Positions 46,087 through 55,793 of a stretch of DNA of 63,225 bases are shown here, piece after piece (the first letter of the stretch is position 1; each line of letters begins with the position of its first letter). Origin of the DNA: a virus (lineage: Duplodnaviria; Caudoviricetes); the IMG/VR virus record IMGVR_UViG_3300049167_000226, positions 1 to 63,225 of that record. One strand, written 5' to 3'. A model generated the notes under the pieces. The model did no database searches. It saw only the letters and a program-made list of their open reading frames with translations, and was not told the DNA's origin. The position numbers and the translations under genes are program-made.

Positions 46087-46439
46087 CGCGGGAAAAGGCG
46101 GCTGGTTACTCCTCCTGGCTCGATGAGCTTGCGGAGGAATATCCCAAAGAAGCCTGGCTGCGGCCGACGGAGGGCCAGGAAATCGAGTATGAGCCCCGGC
46201 ATTGGCACGGGCTCTACTTCCGGGCATTCGACGCTCTTCGATACGATCGGTTCTACGGCGCCCTCGGCGGTCAGATGCCGATCAGCTACGTGGCGCTCAG
46301 CACCTATGCTCGCGATCATGGAATTGCCGGCAAGGATTTTGGCGATTTTCTACGCACAATGAACAAGCTGGATAGCGTCTTTCTCCAGGTCGAGGCCGAA
46401 AGGGAGAAAGCCAGCAAAGAGCGCGGAGCGCCGGCTTAG
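46053..46439 (+). CDS. gpT-like extension reached by -1 frameshift
   Basis: G GGA AAT at 46053-46059; -1 frame open to TAG at 46437-46439 (..FDALRYDRFYG..PISY..). Confidence 0.8.
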   Translation, partial: GKFLAAFRARLAREKAAGYSSWLDELAEEYPKEAWLRPTEGQEIEYEPRHWHGLYFRAFDALRYDRFYGALGGQMPISYVALSTYARDHGIAGKDFGDFLRTMNKLDSVFLQVEAEREKASKERGAPA

Positions 46440-46484
46440 GCTCTCCGCCAATCTTTTCACTCTTTTTCCGAAAGGTCCGCACGC

Positions 46485-49400
46485 ATGGTCGTTGAACTGC
46501 GCACTCTGCGCATCACCTCGGACTTTAATGCCGCGTCCTATGTCGCGGGCATGAATCAAAAAGTCGAGGCCGACAGAGCAGGTGCGCAGTCCAGCAAGGC
46601 GGCCGGTGCCGCGGTGGATGACCTGAAGATCAAGGTCTCCTCGGCCGTGCCGCTGATCGAGCGCCTAAGCCGGACCTACATCGACGGCTATGGCTCCGCC
46701 GCAAAATTCAATACCGAGATCACGCGGCTTGCCCGTTCCCAGGACACGAATGCGGCCTCCGCTGAGCACCTCGAGCTGATTTATACGGGTCTTACCAAGA
46801 AGTTCGGCTTGGCCGCAGACGCCACGGCTCTCGCGCAGAAGGGCTATACCGGCTTAGCTACGGCTATCGAGAACGTCAACGCCCGTCTGAGCCGCGACAA
46901 CGGGGCGACCGAGCACGCGACTGCCCTAGCCGCGCGCATGGATCAGCTTCGCCAGACTTTCGATCCGGCTTATGTCGCGTCGCAGCGCCTTTCCTCCGAA
47001 CTGGGTGAGCTCGCCGAAGCAGAACGCCTTGGCGTCCAGATCACTGGCGGCTACGAGCGCGCCCTCGAGTCGATCATCCTGAAACACGATGCCGTGGCGG
47101 CCGCCGCGAAGCGTCAGCGCGAGGAGTACACACGGCTTGCCCAAGAAGGTCGAGATGCCGCTGCCGCCGATCGGGCCCAGTCGGAATTCAACAGTCGCCT
47201 CGGTCTGTCAGGGGGCGCTGGTCTCCGCGCGTCGGACTCGGCCGCTGTATTCTCGGAGCAGCTCGGCCGACAGGAGGAGATTGCGCGTCTTCGGGCCCAA
47301 CAGCAGGCCGAGCAGTTCGCTGCGGATCTTCGCCAGCGTTTCTCGACCGATGGCAGCGGAACGTCCGCACGCGACTCTGCTTCCGTTTTCTCAGCGGAGT
47401 TTGCCCGCCAAGACGAGATAAATCGCCTCCGGGCCCAGCAACAGGGATCTGCTTTCTCTTCTGATCTCAATGCGCGGTTGGGCGTTAACGGGTTTGGCAC
47501 GTCTGCGAAAGCTTCCGCGACGGCATTCGAGGAAGCGGCCCGGGCGGCCGAGGAGCTTGATCGCAAGACAACCATGCTCCGCGCCCAGATTGACCCGCTC
47601 GGCGCCGCCCAGGCTCGGCTGAACGCCGAGATGGCCGATTATGAGGATCTCGCACGTCGGAACGCAATCTCTTCCGATGAACTCGCCAAGGCGCAGATCA
47701 TGGCGCGCCAGCGTTATGACGCCTCGACGAAAGAGATCGAGCGGCAGGGCAAAAGAGGCGTGAGTGGCCTGCCTTCTTACCAGCTCACCAACCTAATGTA
47801 TCAGGGTACGGACGTCGTTCAGTCGTTGGCTCTGGGAATGCCCGCGATGCAGATCATTTTGCAGCAGGGCCCCCAGGTAGCACAGATATTCGCCGCCAAT
47901 AGCGAGGCGATGACAGCCATGCTCGGCGCGCTCACGCCCGTCAACATCGCCCTTGGCGGCGTGGCGGCGGCAGCTCTCATCGGCGCAAAGGCCTGGAACG
48001 ACTATCTGAAGTCTATCAAGGAAGTCGAAACCGCTGCCAGCGGCATTGGTCGTGCGACTGCAGGTACCCCTGGCCAGATGGAAGAAGCGGCCCGTGCCGG
48101 TGCCGCAGCTGCCGGTATCACTGTAGCGTCCGCCCGCTCCATGGAAGCGCAGTTTCTCCGGACTGGTCGGATTGGCTCTGAGCAATTTGAAGACCTGATC
48201 GGACTATCGAAGAATTTCGCTGCCACCGTCGGCATCGATGCGTCTTCGGCTGGCGGCGCTCTCGCCGACATGTTCTCGGATCCCGCCAAGGCTGCGCAGA
48301 TCCTGTACCAGCAATACGTTCTCATCAATGCAGCGACCGCGCGACAGGCGACGAATCTCGCTGCCCAGAACCGTCAGTCAGAGGCGCAGGCACTCCTTAT
48401 TGATGCGCTGCCGGCGCGCTTGGCAAGCGCTGCAGAGGCAACGACTGCCCTCGGCCGTGCCTGGAACTTCGTCTCGACGAGCGCCGGCAATGCGATGGAC
48501 TCCATCGGCAGCACGATAGACCGAGCGCTTTCTGGCCCATCCCTCGACGAACGCTTGGCAGAAGCACAGAAGACGAGACAACAGCTCTCCTCCGGACCAT
48601 TCTCACTGCTGCAATTTCTGTCTCCCGGAAACGCGCTCAAGCTCCCGGGCATTGGCGAGGAAGCCGATCTGAATGAGCAGATCAGGCGGCGAAATGCACA
48701 GCAGTTCCGCGAGCAGCAGCGAGCCCAGGATATCGCGCGAAGCCGAGTGACCACCGGTTACGCCGACAGCTCCGGCGCGAATGCTGACGCGGTCCGCGCG
48801 CAGAACCTCCGTAACGAGATCGAGGCGCTGCGCATCGGCCGCGATGCCGATGGCATAGATACGGGCAGGGTAGATGCCGCGATCGAGGCGAAGACCCGCG
48901 TCCTCGACGCTCTGATCAATCGCCAGCAGCGTTCGACCGAGCTCGATCGTCTCGACATCCAGATCCAGAACGAGCGCAACCCCCTGTATAGGGCTGAACT
49001 TGAGGCTCGTCGTGCAGCCCTGCAGATGGCTGATCAGGAAATCAGCGCCTCCAAGATCTCGGAAGAAGCGGCACGCGCGCGTAATCGTGTCATCGAAGAG
49101 ACGATCGCAGGCGCCTCTGCCCAGGCAAAGGACATGCAGGTCGAGCTCGATGCGCGAACGCGGCTGAACACGCAGGTTGCCGCCGGGACCATCACCACCG
49201 CCGACGCCAATCGCATGCTCCAGGAGGAGCTTTCACTTCGTCCCCTGGTCATCGCTGCGGCGGCGGCCGAGGGTCAAGAGAAGGCGCGGCTGCAAACCGT
49301 CATCCGTGAATTGCGCGATGGCTATGCAGGCCTCGCCGCTCAGCAGAAGGAGGAAGCGGCCCTCGGCATCGTCAAGGGCCAGAACGAAAAGTTGGAAAGC

Positions 49401-51059
49401 CTGCGTGCTGAAATCATGCTCGTCGGGGAATCGGACGAGGTACGCCGCCGCTCGATCGCATTGCTCCAGGCTGAACAACAGATCCGGCGGGAGGGTATTG
49501 CCGGAACCAGTCGTGCGGATGAGATCCGGAAGAACGCGATTGCGCTTGCGGACGAGACCGCAGCCTTGGAACGGATGCGCGATGCGTGGGGCGAGGTGAA
49601 GAACGCCGTCGACGGCGTCGTCAACTCCGGCGTCGACAAGCTGATCGAAGGTGACTGGTCGGGTGCTCTAAAGGACGTCAGCAAGGAAATCACCGGAATG
49701 CTGACCACGATCGGCATAAAGAACCCGATTGCGAATGGGATCGATGGCGGAAACCGAGGCACGATCGCAGACGTCGGCGGCCTGGGTGGCATCGTTTCGC
49801 GATTGTTCGGCGGGGCAGGCGGGGATCCGGCTTCGATCGCTGGGCGGGCTATGGGGCAGTCGGTCGGCGCCATGAACGTTACTGCCGGCACGGTGACGAT
49901 CACGGGCGGCATTGGCGGCGTCGCGGGTAGCCTGTTGGGCGGAAAGACCGGAAGCCCATTCGATGCGATCCTCGGCGGTGCCAATGATAACAAAGTTGGC
50001 GGCTATTCGGGTCTCTCCTCGTATGCCGCGGCCATTAAGTCGATCGAGAGCGCGGGCAGCGGTGGCTATTCCGCTCTTGGCCCGATCACGCGAACCGGTG
50101 ATCGTGCCTACGGGGCCTACCAGATCATGGGAGCTAATATCGGTCCTTGGTCAAAGGAAGCGCTTGGCCGCAGCATTTCGTCGGACGAGTTTCTTCGGAA
50201 CCCCGCTCTTCAGGATCAGATTTTCAATTCCAAGTTCGGGTCGTATGTCAGCAGGTATGGCCCTTCCGGCGCTGCCCAGGCTTGGTTTGGCGGTCCCGGC
50301 TCGGTCGGCGGTAGCGGCCGTGCGGCCGACATGCTTGGAACCACCGGCAACGCATATGTCGAGAAGTTCAACACGGCTCTCGGAAAGATGGCTGCGAACA
50401 CTGATGTCGCAGCTGGCGGACTGGGCACCCTCGGGTCTGGGTTCGATCAGTTCGGCAAGTCGCTGACTGGCATGTTCCCTGCCGCGCCCTCTGCACCATC
50501 TGGGGGCGGGGGAGGCGGTCTCTTCGGCTGGCTTGGAAGCCTCTTCGGTGGGGCGACGCTCAACTCCGCCCTTTCCGCATCACCGCAGTTCGCTTCCGCG
50601 TGGGCTAGCGGCGGGATTGGCCTATACGCTGGCGGCGGTTACACGGGGCCTGGTGCTCAGAACCAGCCGCGCGGCGTCGTTCACGCCGGCGAAGTCGTCT
50701 GGTCGCAAAGTGACATTGCCCGCGCGGGCGGTGTCGCCACCGTCGAAGCGATGCGGCTGGGCCTCACCGGTTACGCTCGTGGTGGTGCCGTGGACTGGAA
50801 CGCTCCAGCTCGGATGCCGGTACCGGCAAACGTGAACTTTGCCGCTCCCGCGTCTCCGTCCTCTGCAGATCGCATCACTATCAACAACTATGGGCGTGAA
50901 GAGGTTAGGACCGAGGAGTCAACCGACCAATACGGCCGCCGGCAGACAGTCATCACCGTTGGCGAGATGACAGCCGCGGCCGTCTCGCAACGTGGCAATC
51001 CGCTTCGTCGATCGCTGCAGTCCGAGTTCGGTATGGCGCCGAGAAAGATCGCCCGATGA
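46485..51059 (+). CDS. Tape measure protein with lysozyme-like domain
   Basis: 1524 aa, Ala-rich; lambda-TMP motif (YQ.TDVVQSL...QQGPQ); IESAGSG...GAYQIM. Confidence 0.93.
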   Translation: MVVELRTLRITSDFNAASYVAGMNQKVEADRAGAQSSKAAGAAVDDLKIKVSSAVPLIERLSRTYIDGYGSAAKFNTEITRLARSQDTNAASAEHLELIYTGLTKKFGLAADATALAQKGYTGLATAIENVNARLSRDNGATEHATALAARMDQLRQTFDPAYVASQRLSSELGELAEAERLGVQITGGYERALESIILKHDAVAAAAKRQREEYTRLAQEGRDAAAADRAQSEFNSRLGLSGGAGLRASDSAAVFSEQLGRQEEIARLRAQQQAEQFAADLRQRFSTDGSGTSARDSASVFSAEFARQDEINRLRAQQQGSAFSSDLNARLGVNGFGTSAKASATAFEEAARAAEELDRKTTMLRAQIDPLGAAQARLNAEMADYEDLARRNAISSDELAKAQIMARQRYDASTKEIERQGKRGVSGLPSYQLTNLMYQGTDVVQSLALGMPAMQIILQQGPQVAQIFAANSEAMTAMLGALTPVNIALGGVAAAALIGAKAWNDYLKSIKEVETAASGIGRATAGTPGQMEEAARAGAAAAGITVASARSMEAQFLRTGRIGSEQFEDLIGLSKNFAATVGIDASSAGGALADMFSDPAKAAQILYQQYVLINAATARQATNLAAQNRQSEAQALLIDALPARLASAAEATTALGRAWNFVSTSAGNAMDSIGSTIDRALSGPSLDERLAEAQKTRQQLSSGPFSLLQFLSPGNALKLPGIGEEADLNEQIRRRNAQQFREQQRAQDIARSRVTTGYADSSGANADAVRAQNLRNEIEALRIGRDADGIDTGRVDAAIEAKTRVLDALINRQQRSTELDRLDIQIQNERNPLYRAELEARRAALQMADQEISASKISEEAARARNRVIEETIAGASAQAKDMQVELDARTRLNTQVAAGTITTADANRMLQEELSLRPLVIAAAAAEGQEKARLQTVIRELRDGYAGLAAQQKEEAALGIVKGQNEKLESLRAEIMLVGESDEVRRRSIALLQAEQQIRREGIAGTSRADEIRKNAIALADETAALERMRDAWGEVKNAVDGVVNSGVDKLIEGDWSGALKDVSKEITGMLTTIGIKNPIANGIDGGNRGTIADVGGLGGIVSRLFGGAGGDPASIAGRAMGQSVGAMNVTAGTVTITGGIGGVAGSLLGGKTGSPFDAILGGANDNKVGGYSGLSSYAAAIKSIESAGSGGYSALGPITRTGDRAYGAYQIMGANIGPWSKEALGRSISSDEFLRNPALQDQIFNSKFGSYVSRYGPSGAAQAWFGGPGSVGGSGRAADMLGTTGNAYVEKFNTALGKMAANTDVAAGGLGTLGSGFDQFGKSLTGMFPAAPSAPSGGGGGGLFGWLGSLFGGATLNSALSASPQFASAWASGGIGLYAGGGYTGPGAQNQPRGVVHAGEVVWSQSDIARAGGVATVEAMRLGLTGYARGGAVDWNAPARMPVPANVNFAAPASPSSADRITINNYGREEVRTEESTDQYGRRQTVITVGEMTAAAVSQRGNPLRRSLQSEFGMAPRKIAR

Positions 51060-51487
51060 TCCCGGACTGGCCTATCGAGCTGCCGCGGCCGGAACGAAAT
51101 ACATGGAGCGCGCAGCCGCAGGAAGCGCGACTGCGCCGCCGCTCTGATGCCGGCCCGGCCGGCTACCGTCGCCGCTTTTCTAATTCATCGAAGGCGGTGA
51201 GCCTGTCGGTTTTTCTGGATGCCGATCAGCGCGCCATTTTTGATAACTTCTATGAGTACGACACCAAGAAGGGATCCTTGCTCTTCTGGATGCCAGACCC
51301 GAGCGTGGACGAATGGTCGCTGCTTTTGAGCGACGGATCGCCCGTCTTGATCGCCGGTGGCGACGATGACGGAAAGCCGATCCTGCTCGGTTCTTATTGG
51401 CTCTGCACCTTCGGCGACACCCTGCCGTCGGAAACGATCATCGGCCTGTATTTCCGCAAGACGTTCCAGATCGAGGTGATGCCATGA
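51056..51487 (+). CDS. Distal tail protein (putative)
   Basis: WP.ELP, F.WMPDP; follows TMP. Confidence 0.7.
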   Translation: MIPDWPIELPRPERNTWSAQPQEARLRRRSDAGPAGYRRRFSNSSKAVSLSVFLDADQRAIFDNFYEYDTKKGSLLFWMPDPSVDEWSLLLSDGSPVLIAGGDDDGKPILLGSYWLCTFGDTLPSETIIGLYFRKTFQIEVMP

Positions 51488-52008
51488 GGCGGGTATCGTT
51501 GAACGCGAGGCTCATGCAGGACGCGGAAGCAACGGACGAGATCCCTGTCGTACTTTTCGAGATCATGCACCCGTCGCTCGAAAAGCCAATCCGCCTTTCG
51601 ACCGACAATACCGAGCGGCTGTCGTCGGACCCGCTCTATTACGGCACCCGCTCGAGTTGGCGCGGTGCCGACCCGGTCACAGATCCGTATCTGTGGATCG
51701 TAGCGTCAACGCTTCTGCCATCCGATCAGGAGGACTCGCCGGCTACAGGCACACTCGTCATCGAAAACCTTGACGCCGAGATAGTCAACTTGGTCCGATC
51801 CTACACCGATATCGCCACCATCAGCCTCGCAGTCGTCCTGGCGTCCTCACCGGATCTTGTCGAGGACGAATACACCGATCTGGAAATCCTCTCCGCCGAC
51901 ATCAACGCTGGCGAGATCTCGCTGTCCTTCTCTCGCGAGGAGATCGAACAGGAATATTTCCCGGCCGGGCGGACGAGCCGCGACCGATTTCCTGGGCTGC
52001 ACCTATGA
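51484..52008 (+). CDS. Tail tip protein (DUF1833-like)
   Basis: HPSLEKPIRL, FPGL C-terminus. Confidence 0.7.
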   Translation: MRRVSLNARLMQDAEATDEIPVVLFEIMHPSLEKPIRLSTDNTERLSSDPLYYGTRSSWRGADPVTDPYLWIVASTLLPSDQEDSPATGTLVIENLDAEIVNLVRSYTDIATISLAVVLASSPDLVEDEYTDLEILSADINAGEISLSFSREEIEQEYFPAGRTSRDRFPGLHL

Positions 52009-52430
52009 GCGGGCTCTGGGTCAACCGCTACGTCGGTCTGCCATACGCGCCGAAGGGCCGGGATCGCGCCGGCTGTGATTGCTGGGGCCTCGCCATGATC
52101 ATCTACCATGAGGAGCTTCATATTCGTTTGCCAGCCTATCGCGACTATACATCGGACGTAGAGCAGGCGGAGATCGCGGCACTCGTCGCCGGCGCGACCA
52201 CATCGCCGCTCTGGCTGCCGGTCGAGGCCGCAGCATCACCTTTTGATATCGCGATCTTCCGTCGCGGGCGAATGGACACTCATGTCGGCGTTATCATCCA
52301 GGACGGCACGATGATCCACCTCGCCGGCGAGGATTGCTCCAAGATCGAGAATTATACGATGGGCAGCTGGTCGCATCGTCTGACGGGCATTTATCGGCAT
52401 GCCGAAATGGCATCGAGGGTGGCGAGGTGA
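52005..52430 (+). CDS. NlpC/P60 tail-associated protein
   Basis: YVGLPY...GRD..GCDCWGL, HVGV, MIH. Confidence 0.9.
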   Translation: MSGLWVNRYVGLPYAPKGRDRAGCDCWGLAMIIYHEELHIRLPAYRDYTSDVEQAEIAALVAGATTSPLWLPVEAAASPFDIAIFRRGRMDTHVGVIIQDGTMIHLAGEDCSKIENYTMGSWSHRLTGIYRHAEMASRVAR

Positions 52431-55400
52431 CGGTCGAAACGGGTATGGTACCCGTTCTCGCAGCCTCCGCGATCGACCCCGGCAATGGAAGGATCAAGAT
52501 CGAGGTTCCCTTCGGCTTGACCATCGCTGAGATCATCGACCAGGTGATGCCCGAGCGGACGATAGCCAACGAATATCTTCGAGTTGCACTGGTAACGAAA
52601 GAAGGCTCTCAGATCGTCCCACCAGCCGTTTGGCATCGTGCGCGCCCACATGCCGGCGTGCACGTTGTTATTCGAGTGATCCCTGGCAAAGATGCGCTGC
52701 GTTCAATCTTGCAGATCGTCGTAGCCGTCGCGGCTGTGGCCCTCGGCCAGTACTGGGCGCTCAGCCTCGGATTCGTCGCCGGCACAACCGGCTATGCCTT
52801 GGCATCCGGCCTGATCGGCCTCGGTGTCACCGTAGTCGGGAACCTGCTGATCAACGCGTTGATTCCGCCGGTTAAGCCAACCAGTGCCGACCGTGAAAAG
52901 CAGAACCGCTACGCCATCAGCGGTTGGCGCAATCGCCTTGAACTGGATGGCGCTGTACCTGTCCCACTCGGCACAATGCGTTACGCGCCGCCGTTTGCGG
53001 CGTTGTCGTGGAGCGAGATTGTTGGCGACTGGCTCTATATCCGATCGCTGTTCAATTTCGGGTACGGCAGGCTTTCGATTGACGACATGCGCATCGGCGA
53101 GACTTCATTGGCCGAATACGATGAGGTCGAAATCGAGGCCCGCGACGGCGTGTCTGGCGACGCACCGATTTCGCTCTTTCCGCGCCAAGTCGCCGAAGAG
53201 ACGATCGGTGCGGAGCTCGTCATGCCGTATCCACGAGATGACCTCGGCAATGTAGTTTCTGGCAGCAGCCCCATAGAAACGCCCGTGACCAGGACCACAG
53301 GCGCCGATGCCTCCGGGGCCTCGGTTATCTTTGCATGGCCTGCAGGCCTCTTCTCCACGAACAAAAAGGGCGAGACCCAAAACGCTGGAGTGGTCGTAAA
53401 GATTCAGCAGCGTCTGGCGAGCGCTGATGAGGATGATGATTGGCAAGATGTCGAGACGCTGACTATCGTCGCCAGCAAGCTTGAAGCTTTTTATCGTCAG
53501 CACACCTGGGATTTCCCGACGCGGGCGCGATGGCAGATCAGGGTCACCATGATGACCCCTGAAACCTTCGATCTTCAGGTGCAACGCCGGACGTCATGGG
53601 CCGTGCTTCAGACGATCAGGCCTGAATACCCGATAAATTTCGGAGAAGCGCTTGCGTTGGTCGCGCTCCGGATCAAGGCGACACATCAGCTGCAAGGGCA
53701 GTTGGATAATTTCAACGCGCAGGTAACTCGCATCTGCTTGGACTACGACCATTTGAGTGGAACCTGGATCGAGCGTGAGACCAGCAACCCGGCGTCCCTC
53801 TATCGCTACGTTCTGCAGAGCAACGCAAACCCGCGGCCGGTTGCGGACGCTGGGATCGACATCGAACAGCTCGAAGACTGGCATAATTTCTGTCGCATCA
53901 AGGGCCTGAAATACGATCGCGTAGTCGATGACGCTGCGACCTCATTGAGCGACATTCTCGCCGAGGTCACGGCTGCCGGCCGCGCCAGCAAGCGTCATGA
54001 CGGCCGGAAATGGGGAGTCGTCATCGACCGCCCGCAGGAACTGGTCGTCGACCACGTCAACCCGCGGAATTCGTACGGCTTCAGCTCGCGGCGGTCATAT
54101 GTCCGGCCGCCCGATGGGCTCCGCGTCAAATTTCTCGACGCCACAAACGACTACCAGTCCGCGGAGCGTTTGGTGCCGTGGCCGGGCCACACTGGTAGCA
54201 TCGTACTCACCGAGGCGCTCGATCTGCCAGGTAAGACGGATCCCGCCGAGATATTCCGCGAAGCGACGCGGCGAATGTTTGAGACAATCCACCGTCCCGA
54301 CGTTCATCAGGCCTCGCAGGACGGCCCCGTGCGGGTGGCAACCCGCGGCGATCTTCTGATGATGAACACCGATGTGCTCTATCGAACGCAGGTGTCTGCC
54401 CGCGTTCGATCCGCTTCCGGAGCGATTGTCGAAATTACCGATCCGGTGACCATGGAAAAAGATCAATCCTACGGTATCCGGTTTCGCGTCTTCACCGACG
54501 AGGAAGACACGATCGGGGCATCGATTGTTCGGCTTCTGGTAAACAATCCCGGTGAGACGTCCGTCCTGTTGTTGAGCAGTGGGGGGCAGTTGCCGGCCGC
54601 CGGTGACATCGTGCATTTCGGTATCGCCGGCACCGACAGCTTTCCGGTCGTTGTGAACGGAATCGAAGCCGGGGAAGATTTCTCAGTTCACTATCGACTT
54701 CTCGATGCCGCGCCGATTATTGACGAACTGACCGACGCGCTGATTATTCCAGCCTGGAACGGTCGCGTCGGCGGCGAGATCGACGACAGTTTGCTCCAGC
54801 CGCCGGCGCCGCGGTTCACGTCAATTTCGAGCGGTGTATCCGGGGCGGGGGAAGCAGGTCTCATCACCTATTTGATCGTCCCGGGATCCGGGCCGATACC
54901 GACCTCAAAGTACGTCGTTGAGCACCGCCTCGTCGGGGCGCCGACGTGGCAGACTATCACGATTCCAGCGGCCAACGGCGGCGGAGATATCCCGGGATAT
55001 TCCAATGGCAATGCTGTCCAGATCAGAGCTTATGCGAAATCTTCCACCGATATCAACGGTCCGGTCTCTCCGACAGTCGCAATAACCGTTGGCGCAGCAG
55101 ACTTGGCGATACCGATCGCCCTCGATGCAGGCATGATCACCGTCGGTGCCTTGCTTGGTGGTGCAGTCGTACAGTTCGCCACCAGCGCCGACGCGGCAAC
55201 CACCCAAATCCAGATATACCGATCGACAGGGGGCGTGGTCGATCGAACGACTGACGCTGTGGGCGAACCTATCCTCGTCGAGTTATCGAGGTCTTATTCC
55301 CAGGGGGTAGGGGACACAACGCGCGAAAACCTATTGGTCAACGGCAATATGGATAGTGGCGGCACTTGGGCGCTCGGTACCGGTTGGTCCATCAGCAGCG

Positions 55401-55786
55401 GCACGGCAAACCATTCGGCCGGGACCGGCAGCGCAATCGGCCAGCCGCTCGCAGCGCAGTCCGGAAAGTTCTATCGGATCTCCTTCGACCTCTCGACGGT
55501 CACCGCCGGCGATTTGACGCCAAGGCTCACGGGTGGCTCCACCCGTTCCGGCACGGCACGCTCCGCCAACGGCAGCTATGTGGACCGAATCCAGGCCGTG
55601 ACCGGGAACAATAGCTTCGAGTTGGCTGCATCTAGCACATTCGTCGGATCAGTCGACAACGCAGTTGCTTACCTCGAGACGTCGACCTGCCTTGCGCAGG
55701 GCACCCATAATTTCTGGCTTGAACCCCAAAATGACGATGGCGTGCCTGGCCCCATGGCCGGCCCGTTCAGCGTCACCATCCGCTGA
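52427..55786 (+). CDS. Central tail fibre/host-specificity protein (gpJ-like)
   Basis: TSNPA, large size, C-terminal FN3/CBM-like beta domains; GTG start. Confidence 0.88.
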   Translation: MTVETGMVPVLAASAIDPGNGRIKIEVPFGLTIAEIIDQVMPERTIANEYLRVALVTKEGSQIVPPAVWHRARPHAGVHVVIRVIPGKDALRSILQIVVAVAAVALGQYWALSLGFVAGTTGYALASGLIGLGVTVVGNLLINALIPPVKPTSADREKQNRYAISGWRNRLELDGAVPVPLGTMRYAPPFAALSWSEIVGDWLYIRSLFNFGYGRLSIDDMRIGETSLAEYDEVEIEARDGVSGDAPISLFPRQVAEETIGAELVMPYPRDDLGNVVSGSSPIETPVTRTTGADASGASVIFAWPAGLFSTNKKGETQNAGVVVKIQQRLASADEDDDWQDVETLTIVASKLEAFYRQHTWDFPTRARWQIRVTMMTPETFDLQVQRRTSWAVLQTIRPEYPINFGEALALVALRIKATHQLQGQLDNFNAQVTRICLDYDHLSGTWIERETSNPASLYRYVLQSNANPRPVADAGIDIEQLEDWHNFCRIKGLKYDRVVDDAATSLSDILAEVTAAGRASKRHDGRKWGVVIDRPQELVVDHVNPRNSYGFSSRRSYVRPPDGLRVKFLDATNDYQSAERLVPWPGHTGSIVLTEALDLPGKTDPAEIFREATRRMFETIHRPDVHQASQDGPVRVATRGDLLMMNTDVLYRTQVSARVRSASGAIVEITDPVTMEKDQSYGIRFRVFTDEEDTIGASIVRLLVNNPGETSVLLLSSGGQLPAAGDIVHFGIAGTDSFPVVVNGIEAGEDFSVHYRLLDAAPIIDELTDALIIPAWNGRVGGEIDDSLLQPPAPRFTSISSGVSGAGEAGLITYLIVPGSGPIPTSKYVVEHRLVGAPTWQTITIPAANGGGDIPGYSNGNAVQIRAYAKSSTDINGPVSPTVAITVGAADLAIPIALDAGMITVGALLGGAVVQFATSADAATTQIQIYRSTGGVVDRTTDAVGEPILVELSRSYSQGVGDTTRENLLVNGNMDSGGTWALGTGWSISSGTANHSAGTGSAIGQPLAAQSGKFYRISFDLSTVTAGDLTPRLTGGSTRSGTARSANGSYVDRIQAVTGNNSFELAASSTFVGSVDNAVAYLETSTCLAQGTHNFWLEPQNDDGVPGPMAGPFSVTIR

Positions 55787-55793
55787 GGCAAAG

